IMG/VR virus record: IMGVR_UViG_3300021376_000039 | Span: 7,627 to 71,626 of that record | Direction: 5' to 3' (one strand) | DNA length: 64,000 nucleotides | DNA from: a virus | Part shown: positions 10,064 through 19,581 of the stretch, piece after piece | Layout: the number at the start of each line of letters is the position of its first letter | Position numbering within the stretch: position 1 is the first letter of the stretch | Position numbers and translations under genes: made by a program | The notes under the pieces: generated by a model | Databases searched by the model: none | What the model saw: only the letters and a program-made list of their open reading frames with translations | What the model was told of the DNA's origin: nothing

Positions 10064-10342
10064 CTAATTCAAACAAATTAAACCCATGTGATGTTGCATA
10101 TACGGTAAAACTTTTTCAACATTTTTTGTCTCGCCATTTAAATCTAAAATTAACTTAATTAATTGATTTCTTGTTGGTTCTAGCGGTTTTCCGTCTTCTT
10201 TGGAGTTTTCTTCCACGATACTTCTAACACCATTAAAAAACTTTTCAGAATCTATTTTACCAATTAATTGTTTTAACTGTTCAGGGTTCTTTTCGAAAAA
10301 CCCTTTAAAATTGCTCATATATATATCCACATCAACACTCAT
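10064..10342 (-). CDS. hypothetical protein
   Basis: 92-aa ORF, co-oriented with neighbours. Confidence 0.65.
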   Translation of the reverse strand: MSVDVDIYMSNFKGFFEKNPEQLKQLIGKIDSEKFFNGVRSIVEENSKEDGKPLEPTRNQLIKLILDLNGETKNVEKVLPYMQHHMGLICLN

Positions 10343-10399
10343 ACTTAATATTTTTATTCTAACAAAAATAATAATTATTTTTGATTAAAAAAAAGTTTT

Positions 10400-11767
10400 T
10401 TAAGCGAATAGATGGAAATTATCGTCAGTATCTATTCTTTGTTTTAATTCATCAGGAATGACATTACTTGAATTACTATTCTTTAAGTTAATAACTGTCA
10501 ATCTTGGTAAGTTTGCAATACAAGTAGGTAATTTTTTCAAATTAGGGTTGTCAGGTAAAGATAAGAATTGTAATTTGTCTAAGTTACATATTGATTTTGG
10601 TATTTCTGAAACACACCCAACTAAGTGTAAAGCCGTTAAGTTTTTAAAGTTACCAATACTTTCAGGTATAGGTAAACTAAATGGTTCACCACCTTTTTTA
10701 GTGAATTCAAGTCTTTCGATGTTTTCAGGTAAGGTATCAAAAAATTCAGTGAAACCATAAAGTGCAATAAATTTAGATGCTGAATCTCCAGGATAATTAA
10801 CTGAAACTTTTTTACCGTTATTTTGTGATAAACCTTTCATAAATTCAGGTTTGAAGTATTCTTTTAACCCCTGGTCTTGTTTACTTAAAAAGTCAACCAA
10901 ATCAATTTGTCTATCTGCAGGATCCATGTATTGATTAGATGGGAAATGGAATTGGTATCTCAATGCTGGAAGCCCTGATTTTTCACCAATATCCATACTT
11001 CCTGTAAATTTAGTTGGTGAATTAGGAATAACAACATATAAAGGTCCATCTTTAATATATCTATCAAACCAATTAAGACCAGGTGATGATGTACACCATC
11101 TTGTTTCACCTTTTTGTGGTTCTAAATAATAACCACCATAGAAACATGCTGCGTCTTTACCTAACTGTCCTGTGTTTGAAATTTTAACAACAGTCCAATT
11201 ACTAAATCTCTTAACTTCTTCTGATCCTGGATGTTCGTAAGTCGTTGATGCTTCTTTCTTTTCTTCTGCAGTTGCTTTAGTTTTTTCTAAACTGAAATCT
11301 TTTACTTGATCATAAAGTGTTTCAGGTGTTAGTTTATTAATATCTCTATATTCTTGTGGTAATCTGTTTTTGAACCTTTCGAATTTCATTAAGTCACCTG
11401 TAACCTTATAAAGGTCTTCTAAAAATAATGCTTGATATTCTTTGATTGCCTGTTTAACTGCGGGGCTATTTGGGTTGGTAATACCACTCTCTAAATCAAT
11501 TTTTGGTGTTGTGAAGTTTTTAAGTAACCATTGAGTATATTTCCCAATTTTTACTTTTTCCATATCTTCAGGTTTTGCGTTATTCGCTTCCATACCTTCA
11601 GGAACCCTTGATGTTGGATCCGCTGCGATTATTTCAAATAAAACATTAAATGGCATAATACCCTTTCTTGTTTCTTTATTTGGTTTAACATATTTGTCAA
11701 ATAAAACTTGGAATCTTGAACTTTCTATGATTAAGTCTCTAAGAATACTCGTAAATCTAATAGCCAT
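10400..11767 (-). CDS. phage protein with TRWCT domain and C-terminal leucine-rich repeats
   Basis: ACFYGG..TRWCTS..GPLYV..YQFHF core, then IPESIGNFKNLTALHL / IPKSICNLDKLQFLSL / LPTCIANLPRLTVINL LRR units. Confidence 0.75.
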   Translation of the reverse strand: MAIRFTSILRDLIIESSRFQVLFDKYVKPNKETRKGIMPFNVLFEIIAADPTSRVPEGMEANNAKPEDMEKVKIGKYTQWLLKNFTTPKIDLESGITNPNSPAVKQAIKEYQALFLEDLYKVTGDLMKFERFKNRLPQEYRDINKLTPETLYDQVKDFSLEKTKATAEEKKEASTTYEHPGSEEVKRFSNWTVVKISNTGQLGKDAACFYGGYYLEPQKGETRWCTSSPGLNWFDRYIKDGPLYVVIPNSPTKFTGSMDIGEKSGLPALRYQFHFPSNQYMDPADRQIDLVDFLSKQDQGLKEYFKPEFMKGLSQNNGKKVSVNYPGDSASKFIALYGFTEFFDTLPENIERLEFTKKGGEPFSLPIPESIGNFKNLTALHLVGCVSEIPKSICNLDKLQFLSLPDNPNLKKLPTCIANLPRLTVINLKNSNSSNVIPDELKQRIDTDDNFHLFA

Positions 11768-11812
11768 AACTGTATTTTAATATATAAATATCACAAATAT
11801 AAGAAAAAATAA

Positions 11813-12652
11813 TTAATAGTTCATTATAAGAATCTCTTCACCCATATTTTGTTTTGTTCCTTTTTTAGCCGCAGCAGCTTTAGCAAACTCTTTAGATTCC
11901 CATCTATATTTATCTTTAGGGAACCATTCGGATAATAACTGGAAATCATAATAAGATAGGCTAAATTTACTATGAACATTATGTAATGTCTTAGCCAATC
12001 TTTCATGATCGTCTCTATCAAAATCGTGGTTTGAATAATAATTTTCAGTTTTCCAATATGGGGGGTCTAAATAAATATAGGTTGATGGTGAATCATGTTT
12101 TTTAATTACTTCGGCAAAATCCATGTTCTCAATATCCGTAATCTTTAAAAAGTGATCCACCCAATCAGGTTTAGATAATTTATCTCTAAAAGTAAGATAC
12201 TTTGATTTATATTTTCCTTTAAGATCAATAAAATTTGAGGTTTCAGGTTTTGATCCGCTGAATACTTGTGTTAAAATATAAACGTATTTGGCCGCTACTT
12301 CATAATCACCAGGTTCTATGCTGAAACCTTCATTAAAAACTTCAGCCTGAAACCTGATAAATTGTTCTTTATAAATTTCAGGTGTAACATCTACTCCTTG
12401 TTTTTGACAATCGATTGAATTTATTGCACGTAATAATTCAGATGGATTTTGTACACACTTAAATAGATTATAGTTTAATGGATTAAAGTCATTGTATACG
12501 ACTTTTTTTAGGTTAGGATATTCCTTTAAATCCATATTAAAAAAACACCAAAACATACCTCCAAATGTCTCCAAGTACGTTTCCATGTTTTTATCATAGA
12601 AAGGGGTTATCCACTTTCCAATTTTACTTTTACCTCCGATATAACTTAACAT
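11813..12652 (-). CDS. Dam-like (D12 class) DNA adenine methyltransferase
   Basis: YIGGK, ETFGG, YND and YLDPPY motifs. Start reassigned to MLSYIGGK at 12652 because a promoter lies just upstream. Confidence 0.88.
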   Translation of the reverse strand: MLSYIGGKSKIGKWITPFYDKNMETYLETFGGMFWCFFNMDLKEYPNLKKVVYNDFNPLNYNLFKCVQNPSELLRAINSIDCQKQGVDVTPEIYKEQFIRFQAEVFNEGFSIEPGDYEVAAKYVYILTQVFSGSKPETSNFIDLKGKYKSKYLTFRDKLSKPDWVDHFLKITDIENMDFAEVIKKHDSPSTYIYLDPPYWKTENYYSNHDFDRDDHERLAKTLHNVHSKFSLSYYDFQLLSEWFPKDKYRWESKEFAKAAAAKKGTKQNMGEEILIMNY

Positions 12653-12656
12653 ATTA

Positions 12657-12688
12657 CAAATATAGTATTTTAAATATTTATTTTCAAA
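12657..12688 (-). promoter_or_regulatory. Bacteroidota-type primary-sigma promoter (-33 TTTG / -7 TATATTTG)
   Basis: Minus strand TTTG-N20-TATATTTG, ending 4 nt before the ATG of the Dam-like gene. Confidence 0.7.
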
Positions 12689-12711
12689 CTGAACTTTATT
12701 AAAATATAAAC

Positions 12712-12870
12712 ATGGAACAGAAAAAAGCAACACAAGTTACAGGATGTAAACAATGTAAAAAAGGATTAAATTTAACACAAAAATCATTAATCGCGTTATC
12801 TATTTATGTCTTTTTTGCAGCCATTTATGGTACTGTACAAATAGTAAAAGATTTATACAATTTCTTTTAA
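12712..12870 (+). CDS. small CxxC membrane protein, 52 aa (not in ORF track)
   Basis: Manual translation MEQKKATQVTGCKQCKKGLNLTQKSLIALSIYVFFAAIYGTVQIVKDLYNFF*; TATTTATT at 12675-12682. Confidence 0.55.
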   Translation: MEQKKATQVTGCKQCKKGLNLTQKSLIALSIYVFFAAIYGTVQIVKDLYNFF

Positions 12871-13845
12871 TAAATCTTTTAAATTATTTTTTATGTCATC
12901 ACTTATTTCATAATCATTAGTGATAGTTACTTTTACATAAAAATCACCACTACCTGTGGCATCTTTATATCCTTTTTTAACCAATCTTAGTGGTTTATCA
13001 GAATTTAAATTTTTAGGCATACTAATTACTAATTTACCGTCAGGGTGTGGTAGAGTGATTTGTTTTTCAGATAAAATTTCTAAAACATTTAATTTTAAAG
13101 TATAAACCAGATCCTTACCTACCTTATCAAAATTATCACTTCTATTCAACTCAACCTTTAATATAACATCACCTCGAATATTTGTCATTCTACCATAATC
13201 ACCTTTTGTTGGTATTCTTAAAAAATCTCCGTTATCTACATTTTTCGGTATGGTGACAAGTAATGTCTCATTTTCTTTAACCATTCCGTGTCCGTTGCAA
13301 GTATTACATTTTTTAGTTATTACACTACCACTACCACCGCAACTATCACATGACATATTAAATATCTGTTGGAACATTCCGGTTCCCATTCTTTTCATTA
13401 CATAACCCTGTCCATTACATGTAACGCATACGGATCTTTCACCTCCATTACCTTTACAAGGATTACAAAGAACTAAGTAATCGTAACTTATATTTTTTTG
13501 TACTCCGAAATACGATTCAATAGGTGTTATTTCAAGATTTATTATTTTATCAGGTACTTTAGCTGTTTGTGTTCTACCACCATTCATCATTTGTTCAAAC
13601 ATAGAATGAACATCAAACCCTCTTCCCATACCACCCATAAATGGGTTATTTTTTCTATTATCGTAGTCAATTCTTTTATTCTCATCACCTAAAACATCAT
13701 ATGCTTCTGCAATATCTTTAAATTTTTCCTCTCCGTCAGGGTTTACATCCGGATGATATTGTTTACTTAATTTTCTATATGACTTTTTTATTTCATCTTG
13801 GGAAGCTTTCTCATCAACTTCAAGTATATCGTAATAATTTTTCAT
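12853..13845 (-). CDS. dnaJ: DnaJ (Hsp40) chaperone
   Basis: J domain (YYDILEV...HPD), four CxxCxGxG zinc-finger repeats, C-terminal DnaJ domain. Confidence 0.93.
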   Translation of the reverse strand: MKNYYDILEVDEKASQDEIKKSYRKLSKQYHPDVNPDGEEKFKDIAEAYDVLGDENKRIDYDNRKNNPFMGGMGRGFDVHSMFEQMMNGGRTQTAKVPDKIINLEITPIESYFGVQKNISYDYLVLCNPCKGNGGERSVCVTCNGQGYVMKRMGTGMFQQIFNMSCDSCGGSGSVITKKCNTCNGHGMVKENETLLVTIPKNVDNGDFLRIPTKGDYGRMTNIRGDVILKVELNRSDNFDKVGKDLVYTLKLNVLEILSEKQITLPHPDGKLVISMPKNLNSDKPLRLVKKGYKDATGSGDFYVKVTITNDYEISDDIKNNLKDLLKEIV

Positions 13846-14488
13846 GAAACCAAATTACTTAATTGTTTTATTCAAAAATAAGAAAAAAAGAAAAATTATC
13901 AAACATTATGTAAATAAAAATACAGCTCTTGATAGGTTTAAAGAATTAGTTGAAAATAATGATGAAATATTATTTGAGAAACGGGTTGAAAATGCAACTC
14001 CGTGTGATTATGAAATTGCGGTACTAACAAATCAAACAAAGATTCAAAAAAGTTTATTTTTAACAGATGATTTAGGTAGAAATAATCCAGTAAATTTAGA
14101 AGATCCCGATTATGTTTTTTTAGAAATTAAAAAATATAAAATAGAAGAAACTATATTTGATTGGCAAAACCAAAAAAAAATAAAGTTTTCAGATATAATA
14201 AAAACATACTGTAACGATAAAAATTTAAAAAGTATCTTCACTCTGAATAATAAACTATGTATTCAAATAGATGAAGATGTTTCTATGTTCTCACTTAAAG
14301 ATAAAGAAGAATCTGAGAGGTTGTTAGAAACAATGCAAGATTATTTTATTAATAATTCAAGATCAGACGCGTTTTTTGTTAAAGATGTTTCTAACGCACA
14401 AAGAAAGTGGTTATATGACATTATGGAAAATAAAGGTTTTAATAAAAAAAGGTTATACAGGTTAAAAACTACTTTTTCAAAAAGATAA
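13844..14488 (+). CDS. hypothetical protein
   Basis: 214-aa ORF filling the gap on the plus strand. Confidence 0.7.
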   Translation: MKPNYLIVLFKNKKKRKIIKHYVNKNTALDRFKELVENNDEILFEKRVENATPCDYEIAVLTNQTKIQKSLFLTDDLGRNNPVNLEDPDYVFLEIKKYKIEETIFDWQNQKKIKFSDIIKTYCNDKNLKSIFTLNNKLCIQIDEDVSMFSLKDKEESERLLETMQDYFINNSRSDAFFVKDVSNAQRKWLYDIMENKGFNKKRLYRLKTTFSKR

Positions 14489-14690
14489 ATTCAACTTCTC
14501 CTATTGAAATTATTGCGGTTTCGTTTTTTATGTCTTTATTTAAATTTTTACTTATCTTAGTAAATTCATTTTCATCTAAATCAATATTAATTGTAATTTT
14601 TTTAGAGTGCTTAAATACATCCTCAGATAATTCAACAATCTGAGCCATTTTTATTAATTTATCCCTAAAACTTTCTTCATTCTCTCCCAT
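14469..14690 (-). CDS. hypothetical protein
   Basis: 73-aa ORF in operon. Confidence 0.5.
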   Translation of the reverse strand: MGENEESFRDKLIKMAQIVELSEDVFKHSKKITINIDLDENEFTKISKNLNKDIKNETAIISIGEVEFIFLKK

Positions 14691-14899
14691 AATGTGTATT
14701 TTTTTTCAACAAATATGGTATTTTTTATATTTTCAGGTTTTGTTTTTTTAATTTCTTCGCTAAACCTAACTTTTAAATCCTCGTTTTGTTTTTCGGTTAT
14801 AATAACCTCTTCTTTAAGTTTATTCAGCTGGCTTTGTAACTCCGCTACCGACTTCTTTTTGCTCATTTTCAATAAATTTATTAAGTTCTTCAATATCAA
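14654..14899 (-). CDS. hypothetical coiled-coil protein (start probably MSKKK)
   Basis: ORF in operon. Confidence 0.5.
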   Translation of the reverse strand: MILKNLINLLKMSKKKSVAELQSQLNKLKEEVIITEKQNEDLKVRFSEEIKKTKPENIKNTIFVEKKYTLWERMKKVLGIN

Positions 14900-15248
14900 A
14901 TTTTAAACCTTTAAGGTTTTCCAATTTTTCTTTTTCAAAAATATTTTTAAGTTCTTGTACTTTATTTTTAAACAGTCTTTCTTTTTCTTCTCTTTCTATG
15001 TTTGTCTTAATAATTGTATCAATTATTGTTTCTATTCTATCTATTAATTCTTTTTTATTTTCACAAACAATAGAATATATTGGATTTCCTTCTTGTCCTT
15101 CACTTTCCAATACCTCTAATCCTTGTGGTACGTTTTTTAACATCAACCAAGTTGATGGGAAAGTCATATCAAAACTAATATAATTTTTTAAAACCCTAAC
15201 AGATTTTAAATATTTTGAGCACTTACTAATAAATTCGCTATAAACCAT
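14820..15248 (-). CDS. hypothetical protein
   Basis: 142-aa ORF in operon. Confidence 0.65.
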   Translation of the reverse strand: MVYSEFISKCSKYLKSVRVLKNYISFDMTFPSTWLMLKNVPQGLEVLESEGQEGNPIYSIVCENKKELIDRIETIIDTIIKTNIEREEKERLFKNKVQELKNIFEKEKLENLKGLKFDIEELNKFIENEQKEVGSGVTKPAE

Positions 15249-15251
15249 TAT

Positions 15252-15440
15252 TTAATATATTAAGTATGTTATTATATAAGAAACAAATAAACCATATGTT
15301 ATTCTTTCCCATTTATTTATTTCAAAAGGTTTTGGTGGATCCGAAAAAATAGCTCTTATAAAATCAAAAACTAATTTTAAAATAGCTACGATTGAAAATA
15401 CGAATACGAACCCAAAAAAAGGTGCGAGATTATTAAGCAT
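15252..15440 (-). CDS. small two-TM membrane protein
   Basis: Two hydrophobic stretches. Confidence 0.55.
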   Translation of the reverse strand: MLNNLAPFFGFVFVFSIVAILKLVFDFIRAIFSDPPKPFEINKWERITYGLFVSYIITYLIY

Positions 15441-15618
15441 TTTTTTCTTCTTTAGAATGATTTAAAATTTCTTTTCTTAAAACTTGCATAAGTTCTCTTA
15501 ATTCTTGAGCCGATTTTCTTGCTCTAGTACCTGCAGATTTATTTCCCTTATCAAAAAATTTAGTTGTTTCTGCCGATAATTGTTCTACCAATGTTTTTAT
15601 TTGTTCAAGTGTTTTCAT
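15433..15618 (-). CDS. histone H1-like protein, Hc1 family N-terminal domain
   Basis: KFFDKGNKSAGTRARK...ELRELMQVLRKE matches the Hc1/Bacteroidota histone-H1 KGNKxAGTRARK signature. Confidence 0.8.
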   Translation of the reverse strand: MKTLEQIKTLVEQLSAETTKFFDKGNKSAGTRARKSAQELRELMQVLRKEILNHSKEEKNA

Positions 15619-15687
15619 TTTTTAAAAAATTATTTTTTATTTTTTATAGTATAATAAAAATTATAACTCATTTGTAAATAACATATA

Positions 15688-16176
15688 CTAATTTTTAAGT
15701 GATCTTTCAAGTACTTTATATATGTCAGTAAAAATTTCAATATCTGATTTTGTTTTTTTATACTTATTATCGAATATCTGTCTAAAAAAAGTATATATAT
15801 TATCTTTAATTTTTAATTCATTTTGTGAATAAAAAACCTCAAAAAAGAAACCTTCAAAAAACTCTAAATCGGTTTCATTAAAAGTGAATTTTATATTTTC
15901 TTTTTTAAAATTATCTATGGTTTTATTCCAACACCACCTAAAGTGATTTAACTTTTGTTCATTTGTCATACCCACTTTTGTTTCTTTATTATCTTCGGTA
16001 TCATCACCTAAATAAGTTTCATTTAAAAGATTTAAAAAGGATAAACAAAAGTCTCTGAATAGTTCTGTAAGTTCCGGAGTAATATTATTTGCTAGATACC
16101 AAGCCGTGATATCATCTTGAGTCATTGGTTTGGCTAACCAATCAAAAAAACGACCCATGTTATTATCTGTATTCAT
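15688..16176 (-). CDS. hypothetical protein
   Basis: 162-aa ORF. Confidence 0.7.
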   Translation of the reverse strand: MNTDNNMGRFFDWLAKPMTQDDITAWYLANNITPELTELFRDFCLSFLNLLNETYLGDDTEDNKETKVGMTNEQKLNHFRWCWNKTIDNFKKENIKFTFNETDLEFFEGFFFEVFYSQNELKIKDNIYTFFRQIFDNKYKKTKSDIEIFTDIYKVLERSLKN

Positions 16177-16219
16177 ATAACAAATAATAACATGGGTCTA
16201 ATTAAAAATGAAGTTTAAT

Positions 16220-17509
16220 TTATTGTGTTTTTTTACCGTATGAAATTAAATCTTTCATTTTTTCAATGTCAGAAATAACTTTTTGTTCTTCTTTTGATTC
16301 TAATTTCATCATTATTTTTGATGCTTTATCAGTTTCGGAACCACTTTTGTCTGATAAAACGGGTTGTGCAGATTTATTATAAGCCTTTCTTTTTATTTTA
16401 GCGAGTAAGTTATCTTTTCTTATTTTGTTTCTTCTTTGGTTTGTTGGTGTTTCTACCGCATTTGCCCACTCAGGGTTATTTCCTGTTCTTGATGAACCTA
16501 CAGTTAAATCTTCCACCCATTTTTCGTCAGGATGGATTTCATCATAATCTAAATTTTCCAACCCTGCAGCCGTAAAATTGTCTATATACTCACCAACAGC
16601 ATCTGAAGGTACATAAGCCATTTTAGACATCTTAGCTAATTCACCATTACCTTTAGGGAAATGTTTTGGGTTCATCTCATAACCACCTTTAGAACCACCT
16701 TTGAGGTAATCTTTCATTTTCTTAACAACGCTGTCAATATAATCGTCATTTTCTTTTTTAGACTTATCTTGATTTGCCTTTGTTAATTTTATAGGGTTTA
16801 CACTTTTTTTAGTTGTTTTCTTTTTCTTTTTTTCCTCCAAAACAATATTTTCAATAATATCAATAATCTCATTTTCTTTAAAAAGGTGTTTTTTACCATC
16901 AAGAACTAAACTATACATAGATTCATTTCTTAACATTTCGAAATCTTTTTTGTCGATTTTTCCATTTTTGTTTCTATCGATTATTTTTTGATTTCCATAA
17001 AGTTTTTCGTCAATTTCTTTTTCTTTACGTCTTCTTAACATTGCAAAATCTTCTTTGTCTAATCTACCATTTTTGTTCTTATCTAATTTGTGTTGTTTAC
17101 CGTAAAGTTTTTCTTTTATTTCGTACTCATATTCGGTACATTCTTTTTCTTCCAAATCTTTTTTTCTTTTTACGTGTTTTCTAACATTTTCTGAATCATT
17201 ATCATCATCGTCTTTATCGTCACCTCTTAATAATTTTTCAATATCTTCAACAGACATTGGGCTTTTGAATCTTTTTTTACCGAATCTTGGGTGTCCATCA
17301 TCCATTCCTACTAGTTCTTGGATATCTCCTTCATACATTGATCCGCATTCCCTGCATTCATTTTCATACATATTTTTAGATCCACATTCTGAGCAAATTT
17401 GTTTTTTCATTTTAACGTCTTCAAAAATTTTATTTTTAATAATATTGATTCTATTACCAAATTCCTCTGAAATAATTTTGTCAATAATATTATTTACCTC
17501 TCTATTCAT
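16220..17509 (-). CDS. putative internal head/core protein with Zn ribbon and tandem EF-hand-like repeats
   Basis: CSECG..ECRECG; LYGKQHKLDKNKNGRLDKEDFAMLR and LYGNQKIIDRNKNGKIDKKDFEMLR. Start MNREVNN follows TATTTATT. Confidence 0.6.
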   Translation of the reverse strand: MNREVNNIIDKIISEEFGNRINIIKNKIFEDVKMKKQICSECGSKNMYENECRECGSMYEGDIQELVGMDDGHPRFGKKRFKSPMSVEDIEKLLRGDDKDDDDNDSENVRKHVKRKKDLEEKECTEYEYEIKEKLYGKQHKLDKNKNGRLDKEDFAMLRRRKEKEIDEKLYGNQKIIDRNKNGKIDKKDFEMLRNESMYSLVLDGKKHLFKENEIIDIIENIVLEEKKKKKTTKKSVNPIKLTKANQDKSKKENDDYIDSVVKKMKDYLKGGSKGGYEMNPKHFPKGNGELAKMSKMAYVPSDAVGEYIDNFTAAGLENLDYDEIHPDEKWVEDLTVGSSRTGNNPEWANAVETPTNQRRNKIRKDNLLAKIKRKAYNKSAQPVLSDKSGSETDKASKIMMKLESKEEQKVISDIEKMKDLISYGKKTQ

Positions 17510-17529
17510 ATTAATAAATATCAACTACT

Positions 17530-18018
17530 TCATAAAGTACCATTTATTTTATTTAATATGATATTTTTTATTTCCTCCACAGTTAATCCAGTTTTTAATG
17601 ATACATTATGAATCGCCTCATTTACTGATGATGACTTTTTTTTAACCTTTACGAGTTTGTCCTTACTATTGCCTTGACTACAATATGGGAATGTTTTACA
17701 TTTTTTATTAATAGACACAAACCCACCTCCTTTAATTTGTGGTACTTTAAAAGACCTTCCCCTACCTATAGTGTTATTTCCTCTCATTTTAACATCTTCA
17801 AATCCAGGCGCATCATAAATACCTGCCGAAGATGATGAAGTAACTTCTTTAAACTCTCCCTCTTCTTTTGGTAATTTTTTGTATTCCGATCTTGCGGTAT
17901 CGTCATCAGCAAACAAACTTAATTTAGTGTTAAAACCTCCTGCAGAAACAGCACCTGTGCTTTCTTTATTCTCTACTTTCTTTTTTAGAGCTTCAAGTAT
18001 TAATTTATTAATATCCAT
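17530..18018 (-). CDS. hypothetical protein, possible head-associated
   Basis: Repeated E-[ST]-T-x-x-x-SAG units and KCKTFPYC motif. Confidence 0.6.
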   Translation of the reverse strand: MDINKLILEALKKKVENKESTGAVSAGGFNTKLSLFADDDTARSEYKKLPKEEGEFKEVTSSSSAGIYDAPGFEDVKMRGNNTIGRGRSFKVPQIKGGGFVSINKKCKTFPYCSQGNSKDKLVKVKKKSSSVNEAIHNVSLKTGLTVEEIKNIILNKINGTL

Positions 18019-18266
18019 TATTTTTTATTTTTTAGAGTTGTTTGCCATTGATTCTTTTTAGACCACATTAAATAATAAAACTCAGACATCATATGAACAA
18101 TAATTTCATTTATATCGCCTCTTAAATTACCTTTACTCAACTCAGATTTTATCTTGTCAATGATATTATCTTCAAATTTTTTTAATGTAGATGCATTTAA
18201 AAAGTCTTTTATTTCTTTTTTAATAGTTAATTCAATTTCTTTTTTTTCTGCGTTAGTTAAAGCCAT
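18018..18266 (-). CDS. hypothetical protein
   Basis: 82-aa ORF with 1-nt overlaps on both sides. Confidence 0.65.
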   Translation of the reverse strand: MALTNAEKKEIELTIKKEIKDFLNASTLKKFEDNIIDKIKSELSKGNLRGDINEIIVHMMSEFYYLMWSKKNQWQTTLKNKK

Positions 18267-18676
18267 TATTTAAATATTAAAACACCGGATAATATGGTTA
18301 TAATGGAACCACCAACAATTTCAATTACTGTATTTTTAACTTTTAACTTTTTGATGTCTTTTCTTAAATCTTTATTTTGATCATCAACAATTTTAAATTT
18401 TTCGTTTTCTTTTTCTATTTGTAATTTGTAATTAGTTTCTTTTTGTTCAAAAGTTGTGATTATAGAATCTTTTAAATCCACTTTTTTTCTTGTTTCAATT
18501 AATTCAATGTCTGTTAATTTAGAGACTTTTGTGATAGAATCCAATCTATTTAAATCTAATGCAATTTTTTTAGCTACAGTATATGGCATACATATTTCAT
18601 TTGTATCTTTTACTGTTTTTTGTGAAAACGAAGTAAAAGAAATAAGTAATGCGATAATAAAAAATATTTTTTTCAT
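18266..18676 (-). CDS. secreted coiled-coil protein with C-terminal membrane anchor (spanin-like candidate)
   Basis: Signal peptide MKKIFFIIALLISFTSFS|Q, heptad coiled coil, C-terminal hydrophobic helix. Confidence 0.55.
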   Translation of the reverse strand: MKKIFFIIALLISFTSFSQKTVKDTNEICMPYTVAKKIALDLNRLDSITKVSKLTDIELIETRKKVDLKDSIITTFEQKETNYKLQIEKENEKFKIVDDQNKDLRKDIKKLKVKNTVIEIVGGSIITILSGVLIFK

Positions 18677-18680
18677 TTTT

Positions 18681-19031
18681 TTAATAATTGTATCTTTTAT
18701 GTAATAAACTATCTATTTGTGATTTTGTCATTTTATCAATTTCTTCACCTTTTTCTTTATAGTATTCTTTTATGGTAATTTTTTGATTCTTAACTTTAGC
18801 GATAGTAGAATCTATCTTATTCAATTCTATTTTATATGATTCTATTTGTGAATCTAATTTTTTTTGACTTTCGACTAAAGTGCGTATCTCTTTGTTTAGT
18901 TCTTCCAATTTATATTTGTCTAATTCGGACATTTGTGGTTTTGGTGTTGCCAAATAAACCACTAAATATAAAACAGCGATAAATAATATACCACCTAATA
19001 CATATTTATAATACTTTTTTACTGTCTCCAT
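18681..19031 (-). CDS. N-anchored coiled-coil membrane protein (i-spanin-like candidate)
   Basis: METVKKYYKY, then a TM helix and coiled coil; start reassigned to 19031. Confidence 0.55.
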   Translation of the reverse strand: METVKKYYKYVLGGILFIAVLYLVVYLATPKPQMSELDKYKLEELNKEIRTLVESQKKLDSQIESYKIELNKIDSTIAKVKNQKITIKEYYKEKGEEIDKMTKSQIDSLLHKRYNY

Positions 19032-19032
19032 A

Positions 19033-19581
19033 TTATTGAGGTTTTTGTATTGTTTTCTTTCTAGTAGATATAACTTTAGCCCATTTTGATTTAAACTTTT
19101 CATAAAATCCTGTTAATTTACCAATTAATTCAGTTAATTTTTCATCTAATTTAATCATATCTCCATTTATATATACACCATTGTTTTCTCCAATTGAAAA
19201 GAAGAACTCTAGATCAAAGTCAATCACTTTCCCGCTCCACTGAACTTCGTTTTGGTACATATTTAAAACCCCAAAATCCGATAAGTCAGAAACGTCCTCT
19301 ACGAATTCATCCATAGTTTCTTGAAATGCGGTTTTTTCTTCTGTGGTTAGTTCTAAATCTCTTTTTTCTTTCCCGTGTAAAGATAAAAGTCCACCAGAAA
19401 TCCTATATGTCTTACTCTTATCTCTTTTAACCTCATCAGTATTTACTTCAGATGACATTTCAGTTTCATCATCATCTATTTTATTTTCAATACTTTTGGC
19501 TAGGTTAATAGCCTCAGGTTGCTCCATAAGCATTCTAGTTTTTTTAAGTAATGCCTTTATTTCATCATATTCATTTATCAT
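19033..19581 (-). CDS. hypothetical protein
   Basis: 182-aa ORF. Confidence 0.7.
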   Translation of the reverse strand: MINEYDEIKALLKKTRMLMEQPEAINLAKSIENKIDDDETEMSSEVNTDEVKRDKSKTYRISGGLLSLHGKEKRDLELTTEEKTAFQETMDEFVEDVSDLSDFGVLNMYQNEVQWSGKVIDFDLEFFFSIGENNGVYINGDMIKLDEKLTELIGKLTGFYEKFKSKWAKVISTRKKTIQKPQ

